A stretch of 64,000 nucleotides of DNA from Amoebidium appalachense (lineage: Eukaryota; Protista; Ichthyosporea), in the NCBI GenBank assembly GCA_963693365.1, contig CAVNZM010000006.1:2046001-2110000 (forward strand), in the 5' to 3' direction. How positions within the stretch are numbered: position 1 is the stretch's first letter; each line of letters opens with the position of its first letter. Under the pieces are notes generated by a model, which made no database searches, was not told where the DNA came from, and was given only the letters and a program-made list of their open reading frames with translations. Below are positions 39,908 through 54,900 of the stretch, one piece after another. The position numbers were made by a program, and so were the translations under genes.

Positions 39908-40035
39908 ACAAATAGTTCGCGTGTTTACGAGCTCAGAGGTTGCATGGGAGCAGTTGGTTTTTGGTGTGTTTTGTGGGTGATGGTGGTGGGTGGGTGGGAT
40001 GGTGGGTGGGTGGTGGTGGTGGTGGTGGTGGTGGT

Positions 40036-40075
<40 letters not shown>

Positions 40076-40617
40076 CTCCAGCGCGAGAGAAATCCGGAAA
40101 AGCCCCCCCCCCCCCCCCCCACACCCACACACGGGCCTTCCGCCCGGAGCACAAACACCTTTGGAGTATGATAAGCATACCCAACCCCTCCTCCACTCTC
40201 TCCCATACAAGCAGAGAGCCTTTTAAGCACGTGTAAAAAAACTTCCCACTCCTTGCTCCTCACCTCACCCTCCCCTAACGTTAACCCAAACCCCCCCCCC
40301 CCCCCCCCCCCCCCTCCCCCCCCCCCCCTACAAAAAAAAAAAAACTGGAAAAAAAAAAAAACAAGAAAAAAAAACCACCGTTGAGCGGCCTCTCCCTCCC
40401 GCACTTTTCACGCCATGCATCTTCAATTTCACAACCTCTTTCTTTCTCGCGAGCTTGAGATCTACGAGGCCTGCCAACTGGGACCATCAAGATTCAAAAA
40501 CATCTAATCCTTGGCCCCTACTGCCTGAGTCTCAGCTGAGTCGGTTATACCAAAAGTCACAAAGTGGGCCGTGAAAAGTTCAGATTGCGTAAGCAACACA
40601 CAGCTCTGAGCCGAATC

Positions 40618-40661
40618 CAAGGCCTCCTAAATAGCACACCTGTGCTATTTAGGAGGCCTTG
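40618..40661. mobile_element. 44-bp TIR-only DNA transposon remnant (8-bp TSD; hAT- or P-like)
   Basis: Perfect 21-bp inverted repeats caaggcctcctaaatagcaca / tgtgctatttaggaggccttg around 'cc', flanked by the direct repeat gccgaatc (40610-40617, 40662-40669). Confidence 0.85.
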
Positions 40662-41371
40662 GCCGAATCCCGCAATTTATTGGGTACTAAAACATCTGTG
40701 ACATTTAAATTATCGATTGGTATGTTTTCCGAATGTAAATTTAAATAATTGTTTTCACTACCTAACGTTTGTGATGATGCTTTGATTGGCTATACAAATA
40801 TTTAGTCTTCAGCGGGTGCTGGCGACTCCTCAAGACGTGGGTAAACTATGAACCACAGGTAGTGGAATTACTTCTTTTCGATCTGCCGTCACAAAACCAT
40901 ACAAGGAGCTATATAAAACACTATTGGCTTCCAAAAAAAAAAATAATGTTTCATACTATTAGCATTGTCTACACCGTTTCTTCCGTTTACGAATGCACAT
41001 CTCTGTTGCTCCATGCTTAAGCCGAGTGCTATTGGTCAGCCAGCTTTGCATTTTTTGCCCTCAGAAGTTTCTGATTGGCGGAAGATAGGGAACTGCATTT
41101 TTCTAGGCGCGTGCGGCAAAACAGCAGCCATCGAGCCTTGTTTTTTTCACACGGAGTAGGCCTAAACGTTGGTCTCGTGAACGAAGCTCTTGGTTCCAAA
41201 ACATCGGAATCTTTCAAAAAATACGAAAGTATACAAGCTTTTCATTCTATAAACCTTCAAGTATCTATCGTTAGAGCATCAACTAAAAATGTAAGTTGTA
41301 CACAGGGCCTTTCTTGAGTTGAGCCAAAAGATGTGCAACGGGAAATTGTGACGTTTTTCCATAACGAGTCG

Positions 41372-42363
41372 ATGGCGTTGGGAAGTGGGGTTGTGGTGTT
41401 CCTTTTGGACCAAACAAAGCGCGTTCATTTCTGAGGGATGCTGCCTTGTTTCTACGTGCGTCGTGGATGAATGAGGAATACTGTTTTGGTGTGCACTGGC
41501 ATTCCTTTTAAGGGCAAACCAGAAACTGTCGTTGTAAACTCCATTTTCTCTTTGAAGCTTTTCTAACGGGCACTAGTTCTTGTAAAGTGAAACACATTGT
41601 TTTATGTTGATCAAGGATAACGTGTTATGACCTGCTGAGGGGCGTTTCTTGGTGTTTTTGGGCTGGGCGGAGTCGCTCTTTAGTGATGACCTTTTGTCAC
41701 TGTCGTTCACCTCCTCCTTCCAAACTGCTGTTGTTATATGATACCTCTCACTACGAGTTTTTGTGTTTGTTGTTATGACGTATGTTTCTTGGTAAGCCCG
41801 CTGCCTCATGGACATTATTAAACCCATGATCCCTTGCAAGTGCTTTAAATGAGGCTGTGGTTTTGGATTCCTGCATCAGCTCTCTCTCTCTCCCAGTTAC
41901 GATTTGTCACTTCCTTCTTCTCCTCCTCCTCTGTTCCCGCCTTACCGGTGTCACGTTCCATTCTTGTAGGCTCTTTACTGGAGATAAGCAGCATCATAAC
42001 TAAAAGTCATGGATCTGGTGGTTGGGGTAGCTGTTGCGTTCACTTGGACTTACGAGTTGGTTGGAGCTTATGAGAGTTCGATTTTGGTTCTCACATTCCA
42101 ACTTACAGGGCGAGCCGGGGCAGCAACACCAAGGTGCAGAGGACACAGGAGCAGGTGGACGAGGTGGTGGGGATTATGAAGGACAACGTGAACAAGGTGC
42201 TTGAGAGAGACGCAAAGTTGACGGACCTTGAGGACAAGTCTGGTGAGTGTCCTTGGCCACCTGCTGAATGAGGTTGGCCAAGCTCCCGTTTTTTTTTCTT
42301 CGTAATTGAGATAAGGAAAAAGTGGAGGATGTGTGTGATTCTTTTTTCCTTTTTCTTTTTTTT

Positions 42364-42408
<45 letters not shown>

Positions 42409-43561
42409 GAGATAAAGGAACATAGGTTAACGGGAGTTACACACACTCACCGAATAGGCTCAAGAGTCTAGTTGTGCGTAGTGTGGGTCACCTTTTTGTC
42501 TCAGTGAGGAAATTGAAGCTCTATAGGCATGTGAGGAAGATAGGTTCTCTTTTTTTGACTAATTGCGAAGTGGTGTACTGTTTTAAGTGGTGCACTGTTT
42601 TGCATGATCCATGGTTTCAGCCATGCGGGGGGATGCAAATAAGCGCAACACCTTACCGCCGCAGCAGTGGATATGAGTTACTTAGTATGGGGTGTAGGTG
42701 TGCAAGTTGCTGTAGCTAACCAACTTGCTTCTTGTGCAGAGACTTTGAAGGATGGCGCCCAGCGATTCCAGAAGACATCCACTCAGGTGAAGCAGAAGAT
42801 GTGGTGGAAGAACCTTAAGGTGCGCCCCTTCCCCCTTTTCCTCCCTTGCCCAATCCTCCTCTGCCCCATATTGCAAAACACGTAACCTACCCCCCTACCT
42901 CCCTCCCCCTTGCCCCCCCCCCCCCCCCCCATTTTTGCTAATAGAACTAGGTTCTGAATGATAGGCAACACGGGTATGGATGCACCCCCTTGTCACTGCA
43001 TTATGGTTTGTGTCTAAAAGAAGTGACAGTGGCAAGTGACAATGGCACGGTGAAGGTGTTACATGAAATACACATTTTAATGGTTTTCGCAAAATATAAG
43101 TCTGTCTGGATCGGCAGGAGGTAAGAGAATGGTGATGAGGTTGTAACAGAGCTGTGCGCGCACACGTGTGTGTGTATCTGTGTGTGTCTTGGTCTTACAC
43201 CCTTAATGACTGCTCGCGTATTCTTGTGGTGTGATAGTTCGTAAAATGAAATATGCAAAGAGTACAGCAGCTGTATACATGATAGGATGAGAAGGCGGGT
43301 GATTGGAAGGGAGGGGAGGGTGAGGGGGGGGATTACATCAAAATTCGCCAATGTGGAGGAGCTGAGTTGAGACGAGTTCTTAAGAAGAGATTCTTTTGGT
43401 AGGATTGACAATCCAATTGAGAGGAGGCGGGGAGGGGGGGGGGGGGGGGGGATGATTATGCAAGAAAAAAGAGAGGGAGAGGAGGAAGATGGGGAGGTGG
43501 GTGGTTGTAAAGAAAACGAATTGGTCTCTAATGACATTTAGACAGGCAGTTCATAAACAAG

Positions 43562-43601
<40 letters not shown>

Positions 43602-43785
43602 TCCCTTCCCCCGCCTCTTGCAGCTTCAATACAACCTCAGGATAGCCGTTACCTGCTATACAGCTATATTATTGCTTCAGTTGAGCAGTGGCTGTACATG
43701 TGCCAACTAACGTGCCTTCGTCAAACAGTGGACACTGGCCCTCATCGGTGTGCTGCTTATCGTCGTGCTCATCATTATCCGTAAA

Positions 43786-43818
<33 letters not shown>

Positions 43819-44245
43819 CGCCTCCCCTCCCCTCCCCTTTCTTACCTGCATGCTGCATGACCCTGCCCGTCTTTTATCGACATTGGTGGCATACCTATGC
43901 TCAAGTGAAGCAGTATCTGAGTTGGTGGTTGTTTACGAGTTGAATGGGTCGAAATTCGGGCGCTGTGGCTGACTTGGCCCTATCCTGACCGTAGGGTCTG
44001 CTTATGATGCATACTCTTGGTATGCTTTGCACTCTATCTGTCGTGAATCTGTACTTCGCACTCTGTTAAACATATCCCCCTCCTACCTCCCTCGCTCCCC
44101 CTCTCCCCCCTCCCCCCCCCCCCCCCCTCTTCCCACGGATCCTCCATTCCTTTGTCATGCAGTAGGGTATCTGCTATGCCCTTCTCCACCGAGTTTTCTT
44201 TTTGATATCTCTATGTAGGGTTGTACTTCTGCTGGCTACCACCTT

Positions 44246-44283
<38 letters not shown>

Positions 44284-44610
44284 TTCTCTTCTTCCGGTCC
44301 GTTTCCCTCTACATCCTCCCCCTCCCTCCCCTTTTGTTTTGTTTGATTGCTCCCCTGCTTTCTCCTTGATGTGCTCCACTTTTTTATAAGCTCGTCCCTC
44401 TATTCCACGATGGGCTTGGCCCTGTTCGATTGCCTGTTGTGTAGTTCCATTCGACATGGGTGGTATATGTTTGTGTTCAGATGCAAAGCAGTACCTTAGT
44501 ACAAGGTTATCCTTTTTTGTTGGTCTGTTTTGCCTTTCTGGAGCACATGATGAGCATCTGAATCTGACATTTACTACACAACAGTGATTACCAAGCCCTG
44601 GACATGGTAA
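41372..44610 (+). CDS. Synaptobrevin/VAMP R-SNARE (~98 aa); exons 41372-41376 (tentative), 42109-42242, 42740-42819, 43729-43780, 44585-44610
   Basis: [64 protein letters not shown] plus TM helix [23 protein letters not shown]. The first and last exons were inferred from phase. Confidence 0.92.
43845..44072 (+). ncRNA. Structured repeat, copy E (diverged) in a VAMP intron
   Basis: Shares accctgc.cgtct, caagtgaa.cagtatctgagttgg, gaatgggtcgaaa, tctgcttatgatgcatactc and tgtacttcg with copies B/C; ends in poly-C. Confidence 0.6.
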
Positions 44611-44659
44611 ATCCTCCAATCGCTTGCTACGCCAATAATGAGAAGGTATAGACCCTGAT

Positions 44660-44691
<32 letters not shown>

Positions 44692-46990
44692 CTCCCCCCC
44701 CCCCCCTCGCTCTCTAACAACAAACCACCCACCGATTCATCGACGTTAACATCCCCACTACCACCACTCACTTCAGGATGTGCTCTACCTGTTTTAAAAA
44801 TTCTTTGTGCATGTTGGTTTTTACATATCTGGAATGATTGACACGGCCAATATTTCGGATGTGTTGTTGGTTGTGAAGTTGTGCTTCCCATTGATGTGCA
44901 AGATATAACCCATGGCCACCCACCCGCAACGGACCACCACCCTCTTCTTCTGATAACAACAACAAGAACTACTATCAACTGCTGCTACTGCCACCAACAT
45001 CAACGCCTTCATCACTACCTCAAATGAAACAAACACGGACACGTTAGATCGATAGACTAACATCACATGTAATTGTAGGCGACAGGGTGCCTGTGTGTCT
45101 TTTGTTTTTTCATCCGAGTTCGTACTGCATGAGCCTATCGGAAGTGCAACAAGGGCACATCACACTGACATTGGTCCCTTGTTCCCCTGCAGGAATGCAC
45201 ACCGACATAGCATCAACACAAACATCCCCCCCCCCTAAACGTGATTAGTATCTGAATCCGCCATTTGGCCCGTGGCCTGAATATATAACGCGTATTACTA
45301 AGCGCACGGGTAGATTAAAGCAAGCACTGTAAATGTATTCTGTATGAGATGTGTGACTAGGGTGGGCACCATGCGTGTATGCTGCTGTCCTGTCTGCTGG
45401 GCCTGTGGGTGTGGTTGCTTGGTCACCCCTCACACTGCCGCAAATATTAAAGTGCTCTAACATACACTGCTTGTGCGTCCCATTCCCCTGGGGGTTCATA
45501 AGGATATATCGATATCCACATTGAATTTCTGTACTTGACCTGAACGGCATGCGACCTCGTCAAAATGCGCTTTTGTAAATTCAGAAGCATGCGCGGGTGT
45601 GCACAAAAAGTTCTCGCTTCGAATTCTACATGTACACATCATTCGGTAAAAGCACGGCCACTCGCTCAGTCGCTCGACGATCGAGCACATGATACCGGCA
45701 GTCTGTGTCACATTTTGATCAAGCACACATGGGTGTAATCATTGATTGCTACGTAGCTACCGCCGGGTACCACAGACACTGTGCAGCTAATATTAGCGGC
45801 TCACTTGCACTCACGTACACGTGCGCACCCGGTACATGGGGGGGGGGGGGGGGGGGGGGGGGGAAAGCTTCATGCATAAAGGAAGAGGGCACTTGGAAGC
45901 CAGCATTACATATGCATTACATCGTACCGTACTGAAGTACAGATGTGATGATGGCACGTGTATACGTACCAAATATGTGCTTCATGCTGCAAGGGGGAAG
46001 GGGACAGTCTTATGCACTGAGGCCTTTAAAGGAGATGGGCTCATACGATGCATCACCAATTGCAATTCAACTTTAAAATTTCAATGTACTTTTTAGTCAC
46101 ACGCTGTCGGGTGGTCGCGTGTACACCGTCGGAGCACGTGCACAACTGTGCGCCCGGAATGGCATGTTTTTGTAAATAATGCTTACAAGCACTTGATTCT
46201 CCTTAAAACATCGTCTTTCTAAATCGACAGAATGTGTGGTTCATCGATACTATGTTACACACCTAAACACGAGTATATATAGCTGATTTCTCGTGATTAA
46301 ATCTACCTCAAAATTTCTGAAGCCCCCCCCCCCCCCCCAAAAAAAAAACCCCCAAAAACCCCCCCCCCCAAAAAAAAAACCAAAAAAAAAAAAAAAAAAA
46401 ACCAACCACCACTACATATAATGCACACACACAGCCACACACAAAACGGAAGTAAACCTGTGTATCGCAAAGCAAACTACTTCATGGGTTACCAATGTAC
46501 ATAGTGCTTCTTCATTTGCTGTTCTAAAAAATCAGTCCGAGAGTCAGAACAGTGTGTAGCGCAAAGTCAGTCAACATTTTAACAATCCCCCCCCCCCCCC
46601 CTCGTCGTTTCCCCTAAAATCCCACCCCCACCCACCCGCCCAAAACACCACAGGCATTCCTTTGTAAAGACTTGTATGAACACCACGTTCCCTGTTTTCT
46701 AAATGGCAATCTTCGGGAAAAAAAGTCGAGCTATGTTTGCAAGACCCATATGCACCGCAGTGTGAAGGTCTAACCTGGCTTGGGCATTCTCGAAACGCGG
46801 AAACACAGATGGACTTTCTCGCACAATCCGTACATTCTACCATAATTGGTGCTGCCACGTCTTTTCCGATTGGCTTGAAATCCACCGCCCGATCTCTCGG
46901 CACGAGTTGAGCGTCCTCTCCAACAACGATAATCACCAAAAACGTTAACGGTAACTTTTCCGTCGCAATCATTGGCTAACAATCAGCCAT

Positions 46991-47525
46991 TCACGCCATC
47001 ATTGGTTGTGCCGTCACCGTTTCGTCCGCACTCTGCCTCATAGTAAGCATGTGTTTGAAAAACTCATACACAGACCACGATATCGCCGTTGAAGGAACAT
47101 GATACAACACGCGGGGCCGAATCCCCCTCAAAAATCCCGTAGGGCCTTTCAGGCGATACACCGTTGAAGCCGCGTCGAAAATACCGTTTGTGTATCCGGC
47201 CACCCCCGCCACCACTCTTTGTTCTTGCGTGTTTAACACAGTTTTGCACACGTCCAAAGGTGTTGTAACAGCCGCGGCTAACCCTCCCGCCGCGCCGCCT
47301 GCTAGCACGTGCGTGAGCGGATCGTACTTTCCAGAAGGGTTGAGTTGGTGCCGGAAAATCTCATAAGAAGAGAACTGAATTGATTGGAAGGGTATGTTCA
47401 TTGCAAGTTGGGTACTGAAGGAGCGGTAGAATGCGCGGGGGCCCTCTGTTTCGAGGAGGGTGCGTACACACTGGCGGATACCTGTGAAGGGGCTGTTGTG
47501 CATCTGGAGCCGTTGCTTGATGACT

Positions 47526-47556
<31 letters not shown>

Positions 47557-47595
47557 GGGGGGGGGGGGAGGGGGGAGGGGGGGAGGGGAAGAGAG

Positions 47596-47636
<41 letters not shown>

Positions 47637-48073
47637 GGGGGGGGGGGGGGGGGGGGAACAAAAATGTGAGATGATGTGGATGTCTGGCATGCATGATGAT
47701 ATGCACCTTGACAGGCATAGCAGTGGGTGAAGGAGAGGAAGCTGTCAAGTACACTATGGCATCACAAATAATGCAAAGCGAGTACTGCAAACACATCTAT
47801 TACTGGACATGGAGAAGTGGGGAGCGGCTGCAACACCCACATGCTTTCACATGTGTGTGTGTGTGTGTGTGTGTTGTGTGTGTATGGTGTTTGGTGTGTG
47901 GCACCCCCGTCCCCGGGGGAGGGGAGGGGGGGGGGGGGTTTTGAATGCGGAACACGGTACAAAGTACGCATACACGACGAGAAGCATGGTGCAGGACACA
48001 TGCAAAGGCAAACATTCAAGTATGCAACATCAGCCAGGTGCACAGTATGCGTCATAAGCAGAGCCCATCCTCA

Positions 48074-48117
<44 letters not shown>

Positions 48118-48634
48118 GGAGGGAGGACTATACAGGCACGGGAAAACGTAAGGGAGAGAAACGGGGGCTGGAGGATGCGAACAATCGCCTGGTGTCAAAT
48201 ATGTGTGTGGGGACGGGGATGGTAATCATATTTGGGGGAGGCAAGAGGGGGGGAGAGGGGGGAGGTTTAGCTAAAGACACATTATGAGGTGCAATAGCAA
48301 CCAACGGGAGCACTGGAGTATGCAAATAGTGGATACTGGAGTATACAAATAGTGGATACTAGAGAATACAAAACTGACATAACGCTTGTGCAGAATAAGA
48401 AAAGTTCTACATGGGAGGGTTGCTAGACACCTGTGCGCATGCAAGACAACATGTCGGTTGCTCCATAGAATCCGTGCCAACCATGCAAACACATGAAATC
48501 AATGCAAAACCTGCCTACCCGTGTGTGTGCTCTGCGCATTATGTTACCGATGCCTATTGATTTCTCGAAAAAAAGCGTCGGATAGAGATGGTGTGTACTT
48601 TTTCCCTCGGGCGCAGGGGCAGGGGAGCGGGGAG

Positions 48635-48672
<38 letters not shown>

Positions 48673-48890
48673 GTTACCATCAAACGGGTTCATAAATGCA
48701 TCGTGTATGACAGTTGCAGCCATCCCAGCCGTACCTGTAATCAGTATTTGTCAGCTATATTCAATATCACACTTAATGGTGGGGCCATGGGGGAAAAAAC
48801 GGTATGTGATGTTTGGTATGTTTCCCGTCATAAAAGACTCATTTAGAAGAAGTTTGTGGGCAGGAGTGGTGGCCACATGGGCAACGAAGG

Positions 48891-48939
<49 letters not shown>

Positions 48940-49732
48940 GGGGGGGGGAGAGGGGAGGGGGGAGGATGTATGCAGATGTAAGGGTATACGCTGTTTGAAC
49001 GTGGCACATGCGCATGTATGTGTGTGTGGGCGCATGTGTGTGTGTGTGTGTATGGGCGCCCATGCACGTGTGCTTACGCGTGCATGTGTTGTGCAAACGT
49101 GTATGTGCAGATGTACGAGTGTATTAAAACGTGTCGTGTGTGTGTGCGTGCGTTCTCGTGCACATGCCCGTGCACACACGTGTGTATATATCGGTAGTTA
49201 TGTTGGTGTGTTCGTGCGCGCGTGTGTGGTTGTGGAAGTGGTGTTTATTGTGTGTGTCGGCATGAGAAGGTAGTGGCAGTGCAAAGGTACGCGTGTTTGA
49301 GAGCACGGTCGTGAATGTAGGTATTACAAAGGTGTTGTTAATGTGTATGTAAATGTGTGTGGTGGTTGTCATTGTGGTGTGTTGGTATTGCATGCATGTC
49401 TGTCCATGTTGTGTGTGTGTGTGGTCTGCATGTGGGGGTAAAGTGTATGTCTCTGTATGCATTTGTGCCTGTGCAAGCGCATGTTGCAAGTGCATCAGTT
49501 TTAGTACAGATGTGTGTGTGCAAACAAGTCTGATGGTGTGTGGAAGCACCTGCTTGCATAGGCATGTACAGGTTCGAGCATGTGTGTGAACGGTGCCGTG
49601 CTGAGTGTAAGCGAGGAAACAGGGGGAGAGGCAGGCAGGCAGGCAGGGCCGGAGGGGGAAGGGGGGGGGGGAAGAAGAAGAAAGAGAGGATGCAAGAGAG
49701 AGCGAGGGAGGGTTGGAAAGGGGGAGAGGGGG

Positions 49733-49768
<36 letters not shown>

Positions 49769-50071
49769 AGGGGATGCACGTACCCGACACCAAGGGACTT
49801 GTGTCATTGTGCCCCGTGGCTGCCCCCATAATTGTCTTAAACCCCTCATAGGCCGCAAAATACAGCGCATGTGCCGGCCCAGCACCCATGGCTACAGCAT
49901 TGACCCCTCTGAAATATTTTTAAATTTGATATTACAGAGTAAGCATATATGCAGTGTAGATTCAATGCTGGGCTTGGTGATGGAATGTAACACCCCCCCC
50001 CCCCCCCCCCCCTGCCCCCCCCCCCCTCTTCCCGCAGGGTGGAACGAAAAAGGGTGGATGGGTGGGTGGGT

Positions 50072-50105
<34 letters not shown>

Positions 50106-50205
50106 TGTGTAAACTCATGCACACACGAAAGCTAAAATATGGAACAAAACACTGGCCCACAAATCGTACAGACACAGAAAACATACCTGATTGCACCCGT
50201 GAAGG

Positions 50206-50256
<51 letters not shown>

Positions 50257-51241
50257 TGCATGCAAGTTCGTGTGATGTGTGTTCGTGTGCGTGCATGCAT
50301 TTGCGTATTTTTGCACAGTACTACACATAGTAAAGCAATGCCTCACTCATATACCTCCCCCCTCCCCCCCCCCCACCCTCCTCCCCCCTCCCCCACACAC
50401 TCCTCTCCTCCCCCCCCCCCCCCCCCCCCCCCCTCGCCCCCACCAAAAAAACCCCCCACTGCTTCCCGAGTGTCCCCTCGTCAATACCACTTCAACCCAG
50501 TGTTTCCCACAAAGTACACACGGACAGGCAGGCACTCACACATAGAGGCACTGTGGTACAACAAACGAGCAGTCTTGCTGGTTATCCTGCCCCATTGAGA
50601 TCACGCAAACACGTGTGCATGGAATATGATCGCATTAGACCCCCCTCCCCCCTCCCCCCAACTACAACCCTCCTTCCACCCACCCACACACTCACGCTTT
50701 TAATGCGCATGTGCCCCAGGCAAACCTCCTCCCTCACAGGCCACCTATCCACCCACCCACCCTTGCTTTCCGAGCACACACGCACACACGTGCGCATATA
50801 CACACATACGTGCGCACACACCCACCCACCCACCCACACACACCTGAAGGTAGAAAGCACGCCGGAGGACTGAGCCACTGCTCTGAATGTGGACGTGACT
50901 GTGCGGTATATGCCCTGCGTGCTGGGGTTGAGGCTCTGCATCTTGGTCTGTGCACGTGCAAACACCTGTCAGCTCTCGTCTCAAACCGTGCACTGTATCT
51001 CCCCCCCCCCCCCCCCCCCCCCCCCCCCAAACCCCTTCTCTTCCCCTTCCCCAGCCAAGAGAAACGGATCAACCATTCTAAAAGGGAAGTCACACCGGGA
51101 CGTGCCTGTATACAAATATGAAACAAAAAAAAAAAAAAAAAAAAAACCCCTGCTCTCAGCTCTCACTCCCCCCTCCCCCCCTCCAAACCCCGCGTCGCAA
51201 CGGCCAATCCCCCCACCTCCCCCTTCTCCCCAACTTCTTCC

Positions 51242-51272
<31 letters not shown>

Positions 51273-51960
51273 TTCAAGTCCCGCTCATACCCAGCTTACA
51301 CATAGTTAAAGCCTTGCACTCGGATCGTGTCCAAGCCTCCCCCCCCCCCCCCCCCCCCCCGTGTTCCCCCGCCCCATTCTCCACCCTCACCTCGAAAGGA
51401 TACACATGCCTGTGCAAACAACCCGTATCAGATCCCTGAAAGGCTGCAACACTTGCAACAACTTCAGTTCCCTAGTATGGCCCAAGTTCAGAGAACGAAC
51501 AGAGTGACTTCGAGGTTTGCGCTATGTTGGTGAAACAAATGAGCAAGGCATCGATTGCAGTACGGAGGGGAAAGGGAAAAAAGTGGGGGGTTCACCCACC
51601 GGAAAAGAGGGCCGTTGGGAAGAAAAGGGACACACAGAGTACAGAGGCCGAAAAAGAAGCGCAACGTGCAGAGCATTTGGGGCAAGAACAAACACATGCG
51701 CAAGAGCAGGTAGGCCTCGGAGGCAGAGGGGGGGGGGGGGGGGGGGGAGGTTGTGGGTAAAAGATGACAAGGGAAGAAAGCGGGGGGAAGGGGGGAGGGG
51801 GGTGGAGCGGTTGAGGGTGAGGGGAGGAAGGGGTGGGCACCTTTATTGAATCCATGGGATACACTGTGCAGTGCTCCATGATACCGGCCATGGCCCCAGC
51901 CATGAGATGCGTGCTGACGCTGGAGGTGGGCAACTGCTCATATTCCTCGCCTGGCTCCAT
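46991..51960 (-). CDS. Mitoferrin (SLC25A28/37, Mrs3/4-like mitochondrial iron carrier), ~312 aa; exons 51960-51841, 50947-50844, 49908-49784, 48734-48678, 47523-46991
   Basis: EEYEQLP...[104 protein letters not shown]: three carrier repeats with mitoferrin-specific motifs. Confidence 0.95.
47939..48076 (-). ncRNA. Structured repeat, copy F (3' 135 nt of the A/D type) in a mitoferrin intron, sense to the gene
   Basis: The reverse complement matches copy A 18462-18597. It is truncated where the element's internal C-run merges into a long poly-C tract, and poly-C also follows its 3' end. Confidence 0.75.
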
Positions 51961-54900
51961 AGTCGTTGAAAAGGTGTATATCTTAAAGTGTTACTTTTTT
52001 TGTTGTCTTTGGTGTCTGAGATGAAATGGGTTAAGAGTACCCCTTGTAATATGTGTAGTCACAGCTAATCGTCCAACGTGCTAAATGCTTGTCTAGAGAG
52101 TATATGTGAGAGTACACGACCATGTAAATGTATATCTTCAAAAGGGTAGCTCTGTCGAAAAAAGGTCACTCACTTGGTTCCCAATGAAGCGCTCTGTGTC
52201 GACCTCTTTAGTCAAATCCTTGAGTTGTCTGAGCAAAAAAAAAACCTAAAACACAACTTACGACAGCTTGAGGCACTACCGTAAAAACACACCGCTTTCG
52301 AATAGTAATCCGAGCAAAATCTCCCTTTCCGGTTTGTTTTGCATAACGTCAGCGGAAACGTTGAAGTTGCAAGCCACGCCTTCACGCCGTTCACGGTGTT
52401 GTGGCCGTGTGACTGCCCAGGGCCCCGCTCACGCCTTGCCAAAAATGAAAACTTCAGAGGAGTGCGGGGCATGGGATTGTGTGGCTGATAAACAACCAAT
52501 ACAAAATTGGACTGGCACGTGCCAAACAGCAGAGGAAAGTTGTTAGAATGTGTCGGCTTTGATAGCGCTACATCTGTTTTTGATGTATTTAACTATTACA
52601 AAAATCAAGTTTCAGGTTTTTAAAGATAAAAACTCCCTATGCTAGGCCTGCCTATTGCACACAACTTTTACATAGTCCTTGGGCCAACATGGTAGATAGC
52701 CAGTAGGAGGTTGTGGAGCCAAATTAGATTTCACCGCTCTTACACACGGGGCGGGATCCACTCAAATCACGACATGCTTCGTGACTGGCCCCATTGGCTT
52801 AAAGGGGATCGGATCAGATGCATTAGGCTCACATTGTTTGATATCCAATCATTTGACCTGAAAGTTATCCGATTCAAAAACGGATTAACCCTTGCAAGTT
52901 TGCAACATGATGATGAAGCTTTGTTCACAATGTTCAGTCATTGCCAAAAGTGCATACTTGGAAGCTACCCGCAGCTAAATATCAACCTTTTGGTTTAGTT
53001 TACTTTAATTAGTGTATCATATGTTAAATTGATAGTTTAGAGCCAAATAAAAATCTCAATATTGGGCAATGCTGGCATTTCTCCCCTAGACTCAATCTTT
53101 GGGTGAATAAATCCAGTCAAAAGAAAAAAAACTTTCCGACACACACTGGGTTTATGCACCCCTGGTCACTGCCCTCAGTGCCCTGGCTCTGAGTCTGAGG
53201 TCCGAGGACTGTCACTTGACATTGTTCAATCTTAAATACAAAAGAAGCACATTTACACAAGAGACCACAGCCATTTCTTTTTTGTTCATCCATTTCTATA
53301 GTCAAATATTCCATTTCCGGCAAATGTTTATCCAATTCTATAGTCAAATATTTGGCAAATGGCCTCGAGTAGCCTGCATCCGTAACAGCAAATATGCGAG
53401 TTTAGGAGGACTATAGTACCATTTTCGATGATTGGCATGAAAAAAAGCCAATCAAGCTGCATTACATTACTGATTGGTCAAAAACGTTCACGTGAAAAAA
53501 AGCATTACCCGCCAGCCACAGGGTTTGAAATGAGCACTGCACGTGTGTTCGCCCCAGCTGTGGTTGCCCTCACTAAAACTATGGTCACTTTGAGTGCTGG
53601 GGTTTACACACTTTCTATTGCGTGGACACTGCCGGAGGCCCAGCCACATTCGACGGCCTACTGCTGTCTCCCTGCGGCTCTCGAACATACCTTGTATGTT
53701 GCCGCAGCGTAGTAGGGCCGGCCCAGGCCACTTACGTAAGCCAGCGGATACAAAGCCTTGGAGACTACTAAAACTAGCGGTATGAACGGCCCTGATGTGT
53801 ATTTTATAATACTGTTGCCCATGTTAGAAAAATCAATGGAAATGGCTTTACAAAAAGTTTCGGGCAGTGACGGGCACCCTTTGGACATTGCGAGCCACTT
53901 CTTGCCAGGGTGTACATTTTTGTGTTGTGTTCTCAGACTCTAGGCTAATATTAGTCGTGACTCGTGAGTCAAACTCAGCTGGCCGGCAGCTCACGTATGC
54001 AGCGGTAGCGCTAGCAGCGCAGTTGACCCGCTGCAAAAGTTTGGAAGGTCACCAGTGCTGAGCTAATAAACTGGCAGCTAGCTATAAGGTTCCGTCAGTG
54101 GTAGCGTCACGGCGGTGGGGCATTGTCGGGGATCTGTTGTGTGTCTGCATGTGCACGGCCGGCCGGTCTGGTGTGCACATCATTAGTGGTAGATGCATGT
54201 GGTTTTCTGGTTCTTCTTTTTTGTTGAAATTTTCTTTTGGGTTTTGAATAGAATCTTTTTGATTTCTCACTGTTGGGCCATATGTAACTTGGGTTAGTGT
54301 TTGGTTTTGTAGCGCACGCACCACACACACACGTGCACACACGCGTGGGGGGGGAGGGGATGGGGGGCAAGCTCGCGTGCACACACACACACACACGCAC
54401 GCACGCGCACACACAAACACACGCACATGGTATTGCCCTACCACCTACTGAGGCGGTGTTTCCTTTCTCTCTCTTTTTTTTTTTTTTTTTTACTTAAAAG
54501 GGACGCCTGAGTAGATGTATAACGTCGCACGTGCGGCAACACGTCAGTACGTGTTAGGGTATTGCCGTGGCACACACGTACACACGTACAAAACAGTTGC
54601 ACACACAAGCACACACACACACATAAGACACACACACACACACACTGTCACACACAAAGGTGCACACACACACGAAAACAATGTTAGTCACTTGACACGC
54701 ACACGCGCACACACAACAGACGCTACTACGGTACATAAACACACGTGGCACAGGACACGCACAAGTGGCAATTGCACCACTCCCCCACCACCCCTTCTCC
54801 CCACATAGTATCTACCATCACCACCTCTCCCCCCCCCCCCCCCTCCCCCCACCACACACACACACAAGTACACCTCGTAATTGGCAAAAACGGTCCCCTG

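Noticed and set aside
52600-54100. Possible gene or transposase remnant in repeat-free DNA upstream of mitoferrin
   Set aside because: Only short ORFs without recognisable motifs, and no matching TIR pair with a TSD could be established.
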